Positions 21,246-31,538 of a stretch of DNA of 64,000 nt are shown one piece after another. The DNA comes from an uncultured Verrucomicrobiae bacterium (GTDB lineage: Bacteria > Verrucomicrobiota > Verrucomicrobiia > Chthoniobacterales > Chthoniobacteraceae). Numbering within the stretch: position 1 is the first letter of the stretch; each line of letters opens with the position of its first letter. The stretch spans positions 160,001-224,000 of the forward strand of contig CAWHEP010000010.1 of assembly GCA_963828525.1 (NCBI GenBank). Reading direction: 5' to 3'. The position numbers were made by a program, and so were the translations under genes. The notes below the pieces were generated by a model. It did not search any database. It saw only the letters and a program-made list of their open reading frames with translations, and was not told the DNA's origin.

Positions 21246-21797
21246 ATGGAAAGCAAGCCCGTCCCCACCGTAAACCGAGGTTTTCTGCCCTTGGCCCTTG
21301 CCGCGGGGGCCCTTCTCGCCCCTTTCTTCCTGCCTCGCAAGTTCAGAGTGGCGCGGCGCGTCCTCATCCGCGCCGGATGTTCCGATATCTTCCCTCTCCT
21401 CAACGATCTGCGCAACTGGGAGCAATGGACCGAGTGGTCTCGCCAGCCCCATGTCTCCGTCTCCTATGAAGGTGTCTCTTCCGGAGTGGGCGCCACCAGG
21501 CAATGGCGGGCCGGTCGCATGCACGGCGTAATGCGCATAGTCCAGAGTGTCCCCGGCGAGCAGGTCGCGTATCACCTCGATCTCGGCTATGGGAAACACC
21601 AGGTCGACGGAATCATTAGTCTGGAACCCTTTGGCGAGATGACCCGCGTCACCTGGTTTTGCGCCTGGCGCGCCGCCCGAAATCCGTATTCCCGCTACTA
21701 CGATCTATTCATGAAGTTCCGCATTGGTGGGAATTTTGATGCCAGCCTTCAGAATCTTAGGGCGCTGGCTGAGGAACAAACCACCCTTCTCCCTTGA
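21246..21797 (+). CDS. SRPBCC (START-like) family protein
   Basis: LPRKFRVARRVLI..IFPLLNDLRNWEQW..GVGA..W. Confidence 0.8.
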   Translation: MESKPVPTVNRGFLPLALAAGALLAPFFLPRKFRVARRVLIRAGCSDIFPLLNDLRNWEQWTEWSRQPHVSVSYEGVSSGVGATRQWRAGRMHGVMRIVQSVPGEQVAYHLDLGYGKHQVDGIISLEPFGEMTRVTWFCAWRAARNPYSRYYDLFMKFRIGGNFDASLQNLRALAEEQTTLLP

Positions 21798-21848
21798 GGC
21801 CCGCGGCCTTCCGCCAGCAACGCCGCTTGGGACAGTTCTCTCGCTGAG

Positions 21849-22997
21849 GTGAATCTCCCATCGTCACGGCCCGCGGAGGAGCTTCATCGGTTCTGGGCCG
21901 AGATTGACCATGACGCCCTGCGCCACAATGCCGCTGTCGTGCGCCGGCACATCGGCCCCGCCCCGCGCGTCATGGCAGTCGTAAAGGCCGACGCCTACGG
22001 CCACGGGATGGTGGAGGTCGCCGCCACGCTTCAATCTGACGCCGCCATGTTTGGCGTCGCCAATATCGCCGAGGCGCGTCTTCTCCGCTCTGCCCTTCCG
22101 GATGCCGCCATCTTTCTCCTGGGGCCTGCCCTGTCCCATGAACGCGAAGAGATTGTCCGTTCCTCCTGCATCGCGCCCGTCTCTTCTTTCGAGGAAGCGC
22201 TCGCCTACTCCCGGGTAACCTCGCAGGGCAGGATACAGCTCCACCTGGCCGTCGATACTGGCATGGGCCGCATAGGAGCCTGGCAGGAGGACGCCCTCGA
22301 GACGGCCCTTCAGATTTCCCGTCTTCCCGGCGTTGAACTCGCAGGCATTGGCAGTCACCTCCCAGTAGCAGATGAGGACGAGACTTTCACAAAGGAGCAG
22401 TTGGCCCGCTTCGAGAATCTCGTCCAAAGTCTCCATTCTGCCGGGATTGTTGCTCCCCTGGTACACACCCTGAACAGCGCCGGCATCATCCTGTTTCCTC
22501 AAAAGGCTGCCAGCCTGGTTCGCGCGGGACTCATGCTGTATGGAGCCTCGCCTGTCCCGGAGTTTCAACTCCATCTTCGCCCCGTTCTCTCATTGAAGAC
22601 GAGAGTCACCCTCGTCCGGCCCATGGAAGCGGGGCGCGGCGTCAGCTATGGCAGGACCTTCATCACCACCGGACGCGCCTTGGTCGGCACGCTCGCGGTC
22701 GGCTACGCCGATGGCTACCAGCGCCACCTCTCGAACAAAGGCGCGGACGTTCTCATCCGGGGCCGGCGTTGTCCCGTCCTTGGCCGTGTCACCATGGACC
22801 AGATCATGGTGGATCTCACATCTCTCCCCGATGTCACCGCCGGTGAAGAGGCCGTCCTCCTGGGACAGCAAGGCGCGGAGGAGATCACCGTCGCGGAACT
22901 CGCCGGGAAAGCGGGCACAATCCCATGGGAAATCTTCACAGGCATCGGCAGGCGCGCCGAGCGAATCCACCTGCGCAACGCGGCGAAGCCCAGGTAG
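21849..22997 (+). CDS. alr: Alanine racemase
   Basis: AVVKADAYGHG, VDTGMGRIG, GYADGY, GRVTMDQ. Confidence 0.96.
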   Translation: MNLPSSRPAEELHRFWAEIDHDALRHNAAVVRRHIGPAPRVMAVVKADAYGHGMVEVAATLQSDAAMFGVANIAEARLLRSALPDAAIFLLGPALSHEREEIVRSSCIAPVSSFEEALAYSRVTSQGRIQLHLAVDTGMGRIGAWQEDALETALQISRLPGVELAGIGSHLPVADEDETFTKEQLARFENLVQSLHSAGIVAPLVHTLNSAGIILFPQKAASLVRAGLMLYGASPVPEFQLHLRPVLSLKTRVTLVRPMEAGRGVSYGRTFITTGRALVGTLAVGYADGYQRHLSNKGADVLIRGRRCPVLGRVTMDQIMVDLTSLPDVTAGEEAVLLGQQGAEEITVAELAGKAGTIPWEIFTGIGRRAERIHLRNAAKPR

Positions 22998-23092
22998 GCG
23001 GCTCGCCAGATCATACAGCCACAACCCACCCCGTCCCCCAGCACGAATTCATTTACATGCTGGTACCTCTCTTATAAGAGGAACCTCAGCGA

Positions 23093-23452
23093 ATGTTTCA
23101 AATCGTCTTCAATGAACTAAGCGCCGCCGAGATGGCTCGCCTCCCCAAGGATCTGCAACTCGACCTGCTTGCCGAGTTTCAGGTCATGCCCGATGACGAT
23201 TCCCTCAACTCCGACCGCTTCGGCAAAATTGAGCGCGAAGGCAAAACCCTTTACCGCTATCGCGCGAAAGACTACCGCATTTATTTCGAGCGCAGCGCGG
23301 ACGGGATCATCGTCCACCGCGTCCTGCATAAAAATACCATCCGCGATTTCCTCTTCCGTACAAAACTTCCCATGGCGGAGGATGATCAACTCGGCAAGAC
23401 GGGCGCTTTCTGGAAATTGATCGAGGAAGGCGAGGAAGCCGGTAAGAAGTGA
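23093..23452 (+). CDS. RelE/ParE-like protein
   Basis: MFQIVFNELSAAEMARLP..LYRYRAKDYRIYF..VHRVLHK fits the RelE pattern. Confidence 0.65.
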   Translation: MFQIVFNELSAAEMARLPKDLQLDLLAEFQVMPDDDSLNSDRFGKIEREGKTLYRYRAKDYRIYFERSADGIIVHRVLHKNTIRDFLFRTKLPMAEDDQLGKTGAFWKLIEEGEEAGKK

Positions 23453-24636
23453 TGGTAACCGGCGAAGCTCCATCCTTCATCCAGGCAAACGTCCTGGATG
23501 AATCCAGACGGAGGGAGATGTTTCCCGTCTGCGCTCGCAAGATATTCCTCAGCCACGCCGCCGTCACCGCGCTCCCTCTTCCGGTTGCGCGGGCGATGAC
23601 CGATTACATCCAGGTTTCCTGCGAGAACCCTCAGGAATTTGAGGACGTCCTCAGGGCAATTGCCGATTGCCGTAAACTCGCGGCGGAGTTCATACACGGC
23701 CATGCGGATGAGATCGCTCTTCTCGGTCCCACTTCTCTCGGCCTCAGTCTCTTCGCGAACGGGATCCCCTGGCGCCAGGGAGACGAGATTCTCTGTTACC
23801 TCGGCGACTATCCGGCCAATGTCTATCCGTGGATTGATCTCCGCCGCCGCGGAGTCACAGTGAAGTATCTCGCGCCGCGCAACCCCGGCGAGATTACACC
23901 CGAGCTCGTTTCTGACGCGCTGTCACCCCGCACAAGGCTGGTCGCGCTGGCCTCCTGTAATTTCCTCACCGGTTTCCGCATCGACATAGACGCAATCGGT
24001 TCGCTTTTAGGCGAGAAAGGCGTCCTCTTTTCCCTGGATGCGATTCAAACTCTTGGAGCGTTTCCTGTCTCGGTGAAGCATGTGGATTTCCTCAGCGCGG
24101 ACGCCCATAAATGGATGCTGGGTCCTCTCGCCATTGGCATCGTCTATGTTAAGAAGGAACGCTTCGATCTGCTCCGCCCTACTCTTCTCGGAGCCTGGAA
24201 TATCGAGTCCCCGAACTTCATTACCCAGGACAAAGTCGAGTTTGTAAAGACCGCCCGCCGTTACGAGCCGGGCGCCCTCAACGTCGCTGGCATATATGGA
24301 ATGCATGCCGCTATCAGCATGTTGATGGATGCCGGTCCCGACGCCGTCGCCGCCCGCATCGTTGATCTGCAAACGCGCCTCGTCGAAAACCTTGGCTCCC
24401 TCGGTTTTCAAATACTCTCACCGCAGGGCGCCACGAACGGCTCCGGCATTGTTACGTTTTCTCACCCCCGAGAGTCGATGTCCTCTCTGTTCCGGACACT
24501 CGAAAAGAACGGCGTGTCAGCGTCGCTCCGGTTCGACAGCGGGGGCGCCGAGTTCATCCGGCTGAGTCCTCACTTTTACAACACCACTGCCGAACTCGAT
24601 CAGGTGGTGGATTTGCTGAAAATAGCGCTGGGTTGA
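23449..24636 (+). CDS. Class V PLP aminotransferase (cysteine desulfurase-like)
   Basis: FLSHAA, DAIQTLG, SADAHKWMLGP, RYEPG, IRLSPHFYNT. Confidence 0.88.
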   Translation: MMVTGEAPSFIQANVLDESRRREMFPVCARKIFLSHAAVTALPLPVARAMTDYIQVSCENPQEFEDVLRAIADCRKLAAEFIHGHADEIALLGPTSLGLSLFANGIPWRQGDEILCYLGDYPANVYPWIDLRRRGVTVKYLAPRNPGEITPELVSDALSPRTRLVALASCNFLTGFRIDIDAIGSLLGEKGVLFSLDAIQTLGAFPVSVKHVDFLSADAHKWMLGPLAIGIVYVKKERFDLLRPTLLGAWNIESPNFITQDKVEFVKTARRYEPGALNVAGIYGMHAAISMLMDAGPDAVAARIVDLQTRLVENLGSLGFQILSPQGATNGSGIVTFSHPRESMSSLFRTLEKNGVSASLRFDSGGAEFIRLSPHFYNTTAELDQVVDLLKIALG

Positions 24637-24642
24637 ATTGCG

Positions 24643-26412
24643 GTGGACGCGCCCGGAAGTCCACGTCCGTCCCCCGCTCGCGGCCGACGCTCCTCACTGG
24701 AGTTCCTGGCGCCGCTCTGCCTCATCGCTTCAACCACGGTCTTTCTCGCGCTCTACTTCAGCGCAATGGCGCGCAGCTCCATGTGGACCGATGAACTCGG
24801 AGCCATCAAATACTTCATCGCCCGCGGCCCACTCGCTGTCATCACCGATTACTCCATCCCTCGCAATCACATCCTTTTCAGCCTCCTCAATTCTCTGCTG
24901 CCGGGCAGTGCCCTCATCAACCCTCTCCGCGCTCGCGTTCTCTCGTACCTATTCGCGTGCATCACAGGTGGCGGCATCCTTTGGTTCTTTGTGGCCAGGC
25001 GGCGCCTGGTTGAAGGAGCTGTCCTGTTTTGTGTTTGGGGCATGAACGGAGGTCTCATCGAACTCAGTCTGCAGGCTCGCGGCTACGGCTTGCTCTGCAT
25101 GCTGGCATTCTTCATGTGTGTCTTCGCGCTCCGCTACCTGGAGCAGACGGGCCGCCGCTCTTACTGGCTTCTCTCCGCATCCGCCGTTGCTGGCATCTAC
25201 ACCATTCCCCTTTTCGCTCTTTTCGCCGCTCCCCTTCTCCTCTTCTTGTGCGTCCAAAAGCGCGATCTTCGCGCCTTCCTCATCGCCGTTCTCTCCGCGC
25301 TCATCACCGCTGTCCTATACGCTCCCGTCGCGCGGCAGCTCTTCATCGCCACCACCACCTATAGCCAGCGATACGGTCAATTTTACGGCTCGATCTCAGC
25401 GGTGGCTGACACCTTCCGCTCCTTCGTCTCTCCTTTCCCGGATTGGGCAATCCTTCTTGTCATTCTCGCTGTTGCCATCCTCCCATTCGCCGCGCGATTC
25501 GATTCTCCCGCGCAACGCGGGGCGGCCCGCTCGCTCGTCGCCTCCGTTTTCATCTTCCTGATTCTCTGCCTCTTCATGACCACGCCGCCCGTGCGGACAA
25601 CATGCTTCATCACGCTTCCCCTCGCCTTTTCTTCCGTGCTCTGCATGGCTCCCCTTTTACGATTACCGCGGGCGCGGTTTGTCGCCGCGGCGCTTTGCCT
25701 GTGCGCGACGGCCTGCGCGTGGATTGGCATCCGCGATTTCCACTTCACCCCTTACGAGGACTGGGCCGCCGCCACCGATTTCGTTCAGACGATGTTCCCG
25801 CCGCGATCCCTCATTGACTTTTCTCACAATGCCGACGGCCTCACCTACTACATCGACCAGGATCATTACCGCCTCTACTGCAGCCCTCAAAAAATCACCA
25901 TCCCGGAGCTCTTTGCGAAAGGGGAGATGCCTGTTGTCGAGGCGGATTGGAAGGGTTATCCACGTGAATTCGCGGGGGGCTCTTTCTCCGCCTTGGCCCT
26001 ACATGCCACCGCGCCGGGCAAGATCCGGGACATTACTGTCAACTTCGCGGTTCCCAGAAACGCCTTCGTCTCCTCCATCAACACCATCAACGGCCAGCAG
26101 ATCGGTTCAAATCATCTCTGGAAGCCCTGGCAGGCCGACAAACAGTCCCTCCTCTTCCATTTAAAACCCGGTGCGCGCTACCACTCCCTTAATCTCCTTG
26201 TCGCCTCTGATCCCGCCACTCTGCGCCCCCTTATCAGTTCCGGCGCAACCGAATCGCATACGCCTTCCGCTCCTCGTTGGTGTTTCCTCGGTCACGTCGT
26301 GACCCTTTCTCTCGGGGACGCAACCGCCACTTCCGTGCTCTTCGACCCGGGCCCCGCTCCCGCCAACATCCTCGAAGCATGGATCCAGCCCTATGCAGAC
26401 CAAACCAGGTAG
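24643..26412 (+). CDS. Integral-membrane GT-C glycosyltransferase (ArnT/PMT-like)
   Basis: MWTDE loop after first TM, NHILFS, QARGY, many TM helices. Confidence 0.72.
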   Translation: MDAPGSPRPSPARGRRSSLEFLAPLCLIASTTVFLALYFSAMARSSMWTDELGAIKYFIARGPLAVITDYSIPRNHILFSLLNSLLPGSALINPLRARVLSYLFACITGGGILWFFVARRRLVEGAVLFCVWGMNGGLIELSLQARGYGLLCMLAFFMCVFALRYLEQTGRRSYWLLSASAVAGIYTIPLFALFAAPLLLFLCVQKRDLRAFLIAVLSALITAVLYAPVARQLFIATTTYSQRYGQFYGSISAVADTFRSFVSPFPDWAILLVILAVAILPFAARFDSPAQRGAARSLVASVFIFLILCLFMTTPPVRTTCFITLPLAFSSVLCMAPLLRLPRARFVAAALCLCATACAWIGIRDFHFTPYEDWAAATDFVQTMFPPRSLIDFSHNADGLTYYIDQDHYRLYCSPQKITIPELFAKGEMPVVEADWKGYPREFAGGSFSALALHATAPGKIRDITVNFAVPRNAFVSSINTINGQQIGSNHLWKPWQADKQSLLFHLKPGARYHSLNLLVASDPATLRPLISSGATESHTPSAPRWCFLGHVVTLSLGDATATSVLFDPGPAPANILEAWIQPYADQTR

Positions 26413-26433
26413 GGAATCCTCGCTGAGGCGTCG
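26408..26433 (+). repeat. GTAG-type REP element copy
   Basis: GGTAGGGAATCCTCGCTGAGGCGTCG, similar to 45116-45141 and 50394-50419. Confidence 0.6.
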
Positions 26434-26451
26434 TCCCCTCTAAACGCGCCT

Positions 26452-28455
26452 TCAGCTCCCCACTGCCACCGGACTGCCAACCAACGGTCCGCTTTTCGCG
26501 CAAAGCGCCAGATGCACCGCGGAAAGCAAATCCCTCGCCGAGTAGGGCTTGTCCAAAAAGCTCGTCACCCCGAGATCCTGCAAGATCGGCTTCTTGTTAT
26601 TATTACTCTCCCCGCTGGAAACAATCACCTTCACCCCGGGTTCTACTTTCTTCAGCGCCTTCACAAGCGCGATTCCATCCATGAGATCCATCTCAATATC
26701 AGTGAGCACCAGGTTTATCTCCTGCCGCCGCTGGAAGTATAGCGCCAGCGCGTCAGTCCCATCTTCCGCCGTGTACGCCCGATATCCATGAGCCTCTAAT
26801 GTCTTGATCGCCGAATTCCGGATCGCCGGCTCATCATCCACCACGAGGATCAGTTCGCCCTGCCCGCGCGGCGCGGGCGCCGCCTCCTCGCGCGTTTCCT
26901 CCGCGCTCTGGTCCGACGCGGGTAAATAGATACGGAATGTCGTCCCCTTCCCGGGCTCGCTTTCCACATTCACGAACCCCGCGTGGCTTCGCACAATTCC
27001 AATCACCGTGGACAGCCCGAGCCCCGTTCCCTTCCCTTGCTCTTTCGTAGTGAAAAATGGGTCGAATATCTTGTCAATCACGTCTCGTGGAATGCCCATG
27101 CCCGAGTCGGTGACTCGTAGCGCGACATAGCGTCCGGGCCTTGCGTCTGGGTGAATCCCCACCCCTTGCTCATCCAGCATCTTCGTTTCCGCGCCTATGA
27201 TCAGGTTTCCCCCATCCGGCATCGCGTCTCGCGCGTTTACGCACAGGTTGAGCAGCACCTGGTGCAGTTGCGTCGCGTCTCCAGACAGCACCGCCAGATT
27301 CTTCGATATTTGCGTCCGCACGCTGATGTTGCGCGGGAACGTTTGGCTCATCATTTTGGCAAGTTCATTCACCAGATGCCGCGGCTGAATCAATATGCGA
27401 TCCCCTTCGGCTCCCCGCGCGAATGTCAGGACCTGCTTCACGATGTCCGCTCCGCGCTCCGCGCTGATCTCGATCGTGCTTAACAGCGTCTTGCTCTCGT
27501 CATCGTCAAGGTTCTGCCGCAGCAGTCCCACCGACATCAGGATCGGCGCCAGGATATTATTCAGATCATGCGCGATCCCGCTCGCGAGCGTTCCAATGCT
27601 CTCCAGGCGTTGCGACCTTAAAAATTGGGCTTCAAGGCTCTTCTTTTCCGTGATGTCCGTGCTGATCACCAGGATGGACTTCGGCTTCCCATCTTCTCCC
27701 GTCACCAGCGTCCACCGGCTGCTTACCGAGATGTCTTTTCCGCTGTTCGAACGGTGCCTGGATTCGCCCTTCCATTCTCCAGCCTTTAGCAACTCATCCC
27801 GCGCTCCTTCGAAGACCGATGGCTCCTGTTTCACCAATTCCGGCAGCGGACGGCTCACCGCGTCGGCGGAAGCCCAGCCGTACAGTGTCTCTGCCCCGGT
27901 GTTCCAGAACTCTACGCACCCGTTTAAATCCGTCCCTATGATCGCGTCATGCGCCATGTTCAGCAGGCTTGCCTGATCCCGTATCCTCCTCTCCGCCATC
28001 TTGCGCTCTGTCGCGTCCAGCGACATCACCAGCATCGCCCTCCGTTCCAGAAACGTGATCCTGCTCCAGATCAGCTCCACATCTATGATCGTGCCATCCT
28101 TCTTGCGGTGCTTCCACGTCGCCGTCTGGTTTAACTCGCTCTGTTCCACCCCACGCCCCCACTGCGACAGCAGGCTGCCAGCCTCTTCCCCAGGCAGTAA
28201 ATCATGCGCTTTCAAACCCAGGAACTCATCCCGCCCATACCCGTAGTGGTTCAAGGCGGCGTCATTCACAGCAAGGAACTCCAGTGTGCGGGTATCGTAC
28301 ACCCACATCGGCAGCGGATTGCTGTCAAACATCAACCCGAAAGCGGCTATTCCCTCAGAAGTCTGCGTGCTCATATTGTCCAAAAAACTCCGCGTTGCCC
28401 TTTGCAATGAAGGCAGCAACCGTGCCACCATGCCTAAAATCAGCCCCTCCTCCAA
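26452..28455 (-). CDS. Cytoplasmic PAS-PAS hybrid histidine kinase with receiver domain (CckA-like)
   Basis: Two PAS domains, GIAHDLNNIL, NLCVNARDAM, FDPFFTTK, GTGLGL, LVVDDE. Confidence 0.93.
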   Translation of the reverse strand: MEEGLILGMVARLLPSLQRATRSFLDNMSTQTSEGIAAFGLMFDSNPLPMWVYDTRTLEFLAVNDAALNHYGYGRDEFLGLKAHDLLPGEEAGSLLSQWGRGVEQSELNQTATWKHRKKDGTIIDVELIWSRITFLERRAMLVMSLDATERKMAERRIRDQASLLNMAHDAIIGTDLNGCVEFWNTGAETLYGWASADAVSRPLPELVKQEPSVFEGARDELLKAGEWKGESRHRSNSGKDISVSSRWTLVTGEDGKPKSILVISTDITEKKSLEAQFLRSQRLESIGTLASGIAHDLNNILAPILMSVGLLRQNLDDDESKTLLSTIEISAERGADIVKQVLTFARGAEGDRILIQPRHLVNELAKMMSQTFPRNISVRTQISKNLAVLSGDATQLHQVLLNLCVNARDAMPDGGNLIIGAETKMLDEQGVGIHPDARPGRYVALRVTDSGMGIPRDVIDKIFDPFFTTKEQGKGTGLGLSTVIGIVRSHAGFVNVESEPGKGTTFRIYLPASDQSAEETREEAAPAPRGQGELILVVDDEPAIRNSAIKTLEAHGYRAYTAEDGTDALALYFQRRQEINLVLTDIEMDLMDGIALVKALKKVEPGVKVIVSSGESNNNKKPILQDLGVTSFLDKPYSARDLLSAVHLALCAKSGPLVGSPVAVGS

Positions 28456-28517
28456 GGGGCCAGCCCATCAACCAATCTCATCCTTTCCGCGCCAAAAGAT
28501 AGTCCCGCTCTTCCTGA

Positions 28518-29723
28518 ATGCAGTCAGCTTCTCTCACAGCACAGCCGCCCGCGCCGCTTCCCAGGCGCGTTCTTTACAGCATCTCCGCTCGAATCGGGGG
28601 CACCGGCCTCGACACCGATTGCTTTGAGGCGCTGCGCGGGTTGCACAGGGCCGGCATCCTTGGACGCGCCGTCGCCTATGCAAATCGACAGACCGAGATC
28701 CCGGCTTCCCTCATCCTGAGCCTTCGCGCTCACCCGGGCAGGCTGCTCCTCTCGCTGGTGCGCCGCCGTTACTTCTACGGCGCCAAAAAACACTTCCTAG
28801 ACCGCGTCACTGCGGTCCAGGTTGCCTCCGGACGCTACGATCTTTTTCACACCTGGTCCGGCGAATGCCTCAGAACTTTGCGGCAGGCCAAGCGCCTCGG
28901 CATCCCCACTCTTGTCGAAATCCCCACCTGGCACCGCAACAAAGGCAAACAGAAGCCGGCCCGCACCATGAGCGAGAGAGCTCGTGATGAGGAAGCCCGC
29001 ATACCCCAGCGCTTCCTAAACTCGATGCTCGTCAGCCGCCAGCAGGTGATGGAAGAATATGATCTGGCCGATCTTCTTCTTGTCCTCTCCCAGCGCGCGA
29101 AAGAAACGTTCCTGGCCGCCGGGGTGCCCGAATCGAAATTGTTTGATCTTCCCCGCGGCGTTGACCCCGACCGTTTTACGCCAGGCACCCCACCCGCCAA
29201 ATTCAGAGCCGTATTTTTGGGAGCTCTCATCAAACGGAAAGGCGTCCACACCCTTCTTGAAGTCTGGCACAAGCTGAACCTCAAGAACGCCGAACTCGTC
29301 CTCGTCGGCTCCGTCCACGACGAGATCAAGCCCTTCCTCGAAAGATTCCCCAGCCCCACCCTCATCCTCGCTGGCTTCACCAAAAACACCCAGGACTACC
29401 TCCGGGGCGCCAGCCTCCACATCTTTCCTTCCACCTGTGAAGGCAGCGCCAAAGTCACTTACGAAGCCGCAGCCTGCGGCCTTCCCCAAATCTCCACTCG
29501 CGAATCCGGCGATGTAGTCATCGATGGCCTCAACGGCCTCGTCGTTCCCTGCGACAATCCGGTCGCTCTTGCCAGCGCCATTCAGCATCTCTACCAGAAC
29601 CCCTCCCTCATGCGCGACATGGGCCTCGCCGCCAGACAGCGCATCATCGATAACTTCACCTGGGACCACTACCGGGCCCGCCTCCTTCAAGCCTACAGCC
29701 TGGCTCTGACAAAGCGGCGGTAA
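28518..29723 (+). CDS. Glycosyltransferase family 4
   Basis: RGVDPDRF, RKGV, FPSTCEGSAKVTYEAAACGLP. Confidence 0.9.
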   Translation: MQSASLTAQPPAPLPRRVLYSISARIGGTGLDTDCFEALRGLHRAGILGRAVAYANRQTEIPASLILSLRAHPGRLLLSLVRRRYFYGAKKHFLDRVTAVQVASGRYDLFHTWSGECLRTLRQAKRLGIPTLVEIPTWHRNKGKQKPARTMSERARDEEARIPQRFLNSMLVSRQQVMEEYDLADLLLVLSQRAKETFLAAGVPESKLFDLPRGVDPDRFTPGTPPAKFRAVFLGALIKRKGVHTLLEVWHKLNLKNAELVLVGSVHDEIKPFLERFPSPTLILAGFTKNTQDYLRGASLHIFPSTCEGSAKVTYEAAACGLPQISTRESGDVVIDGLNGLVVPCDNPVALASAIQHLYQNPSLMRDMGLAARQRIIDNFTWDHYRARLLQAYSLALTKRR

Positions 29724-29761
29724 ATCTCCCGCTCTTCGCGCCCTCCCTCTCCCCCGTCAGA

Positions 29762-30520
29762 TCAGAAAGGCATCTCAAACGCGTCCGCCGAAGCGGTTGT
29801 CGTTAGAACGAATGTCTTCTCCCCGGAAGATCTCAACTTTGAAACCCAGCCATCCTTGCGCATCGTGCATCCGGGGCAATCCTTGACTTGGAAGTCTGAA
29901 CCTCTCACCACATACAGCATCGCCATCTCGTGTCCGTTCTGCAGGCACATCATCATCACCGGCTTCCCATTCCAGGAGATTGAGCTTGAGCCGATCAACG
30001 ACATCGACGGCATCGCCTTGTTCATTGTGAAGCCGATCTCACGCGCGTTAGGCTGTGAGTTGATCCACTCTCCGACAGCCTTTGAGTCAAAGCACACAAA
30101 CTGCAGAGACGGCATGCTTTTGCTATACCGGATCGCCTCGATGGCCAGACCCTTCTCCCCCGCCTGTGGCGCCCGCGCAAGCCACCCTATCAAGAAGACC
30201 GCTGCCAGAACCGCCGCCACCGCGCCCATGGGCAGCCTGATGAGTTCCCAGAACATCCTGAAAAGGAGCCCGGGCCTCCGAGCCGTCTCGCGCGGAACCC
30301 GCGCGTTAAGCAAGATGTCTTCCCTCAACCCGCTCGCGACTGGCAGGGATCGCAGTGATTTGCCCATCGCCGCGTCAAACCCTCGACTCTTCTCAAACCA
30401 CGCCGCAAGCTCCGGATCAGCCTTGGCCATTCGCAAGGCCTCCGCGAAGATCGGGTCACCCTCGTCCCCACCCGCGGGCCGATAGCACTCCAGTAGAAAT
30501 CGCGCTCGAGCTTTATCCAC
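29762..30520 (-). CDS. Putative membrane anti-sigma factor
   Basis: Overlaps end of ECF sigma gene; cytoplasmic N-terminus, one TM, extracytoplasmic domain. Confidence 0.7.
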   Translation of the reverse strand: MDKARARFLLECYRPAGGDEGDPIFAEALRMAKADPELAAWFEKSRGFDAAMGKSLRSLPVASGLREDILLNARVPRETARRPGLLFRMFWELIRLPMGAVAAVLAAVFLIGWLARAPQAGEKGLAIEAIRYSKSMPSLQFVCFDSKAVGEWINSQPNAREIGFTMNKAMPSMSLIGSSSISWNGKPVMMMCLQNGHEMAMLYVVRGSDFQVKDCPGCTMRKDGWVSKLRSSGEKTFVLTTTASADAFEMPF

Positions 30521-31067
30521 CGTGCCCTCCGCTTTTTGGCTCGATAATTGGGATTACCTTCTCGTCATCCGCCTCGCTGGCCGCCGTCAGGAGTTGCCTC
30601 AACACCTGCTTCCCTCGCGAAAGACGCGACATCACCGTCCCTATTGGGACATTCAAAATTTGCGATATCTCTTTGTAGGAAATTTGTTCGATATAGAAGA
30701 GCGTGATTGGCACCCGAAAATGCTCCTCCATGCTCTGCAAGATCGTAAGTAATGTCTTCGCGTCCATGTTAGCCGCATGATCCTCGGATATTTGAGTCGT
30801 TTCCGAGGCGTTTAATTCCACGTCATGCGCGTGCCGGGTCGTTTCCCTCCGCACGGTGCGTAAAAATTCACGGTGCAAGATCGTAAACAGCCACTGCTTC
30901 CGCTTTCCCGCGTCCCTTAACTGATGAGATCGCGTCTGCGCGATGTAGAACGCCTGCTGCGTCAGGTCACACGCCTCATGATGATCCCGGCATAAGCTTA
31001 GAGCAAAGCGATACGCCCCCTGGTAATTCTCATCGACGAAGCTCTCGAAGCTGTCAGCCATACGCAA
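30513..31067 (-). CDS. ECF sigma-70 factor
   Basis: EACDLTQQAF, QWLFTILHREF, SYKEISQILNVPIGTVMSRLSRGK. Confidence 0.93.
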   Translation of the reverse strand: MRMADSFESFVDENYQGAYRFALSLCRDHHEACDLTQQAFYIAQTRSHQLRDAGKRKQWLFTILHREFLRTVRRETTRHAHDVELNASETTQISEDHAANMDAKTLLTILQSMEEHFRVPITLFYIEQISYKEISQILNVPIGTVMSRLSRGKQVLRQLLTAASEADDEKVIPIIEPKSGGHGG

Positions 31068-31231
31068 ACATTTCTATCCGCATCCCCGCGCGAAGACAAC
31101 CCCGGTTCGAGGAGCAGGAAGAATGCAACGACGTCGGACAGCGACTTCGACTTGCTGCGTCTCGCCTCATGGACGCGTCTCCTTAGCGCTATGGTATGCG
31201 TTGCTCGAAAATGCTCCTTGCCTCTTCCCTG

Positions 31232-31537
31232 CTAATCACAGCGCGCGCACGAATCGATCTCCGCCATTCGGAACGGAACTCCATCTACAATCAGCACAAA
31301 ATCCTTGTCCTTCCGACTCTTGCCAAACAGGTCCGGCTCGTATGGGAGTAAGAGGCCTCGGAAAGTCTGGCCGCACAGCAGCCTGACCTCAACCCGCGTT
31401 TCGATTGGCAACCCAACCCGATAGGCCCACTCTCTCAGGCGCGCCAGCCTCTCCTCGCGCCATTTTGCCACTGCGTCACCCCTTTCGTTCTCCTCACCTT
31501 CCCCCTCAAAATTGAACTCGGCCTGGCTGCCGCCCAT
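31232..31537 (-). CDS. Small hypothetical protein
   Basis: 101-aa ORF starting 1 nt after the TPR gene stop; protein-like composition. Confidence 0.55.
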   Translation of the reverse strand: MGGSQAEFNFEGEGEENERGDAVAKWREERLARLREWAYRVGLPIETRVEVRLLCGQTFRGLLLPYEPDLFGKSRKDKDFVLIVDGVPFRMAEIDSCARCD

Positions 31538-31538
31538 C

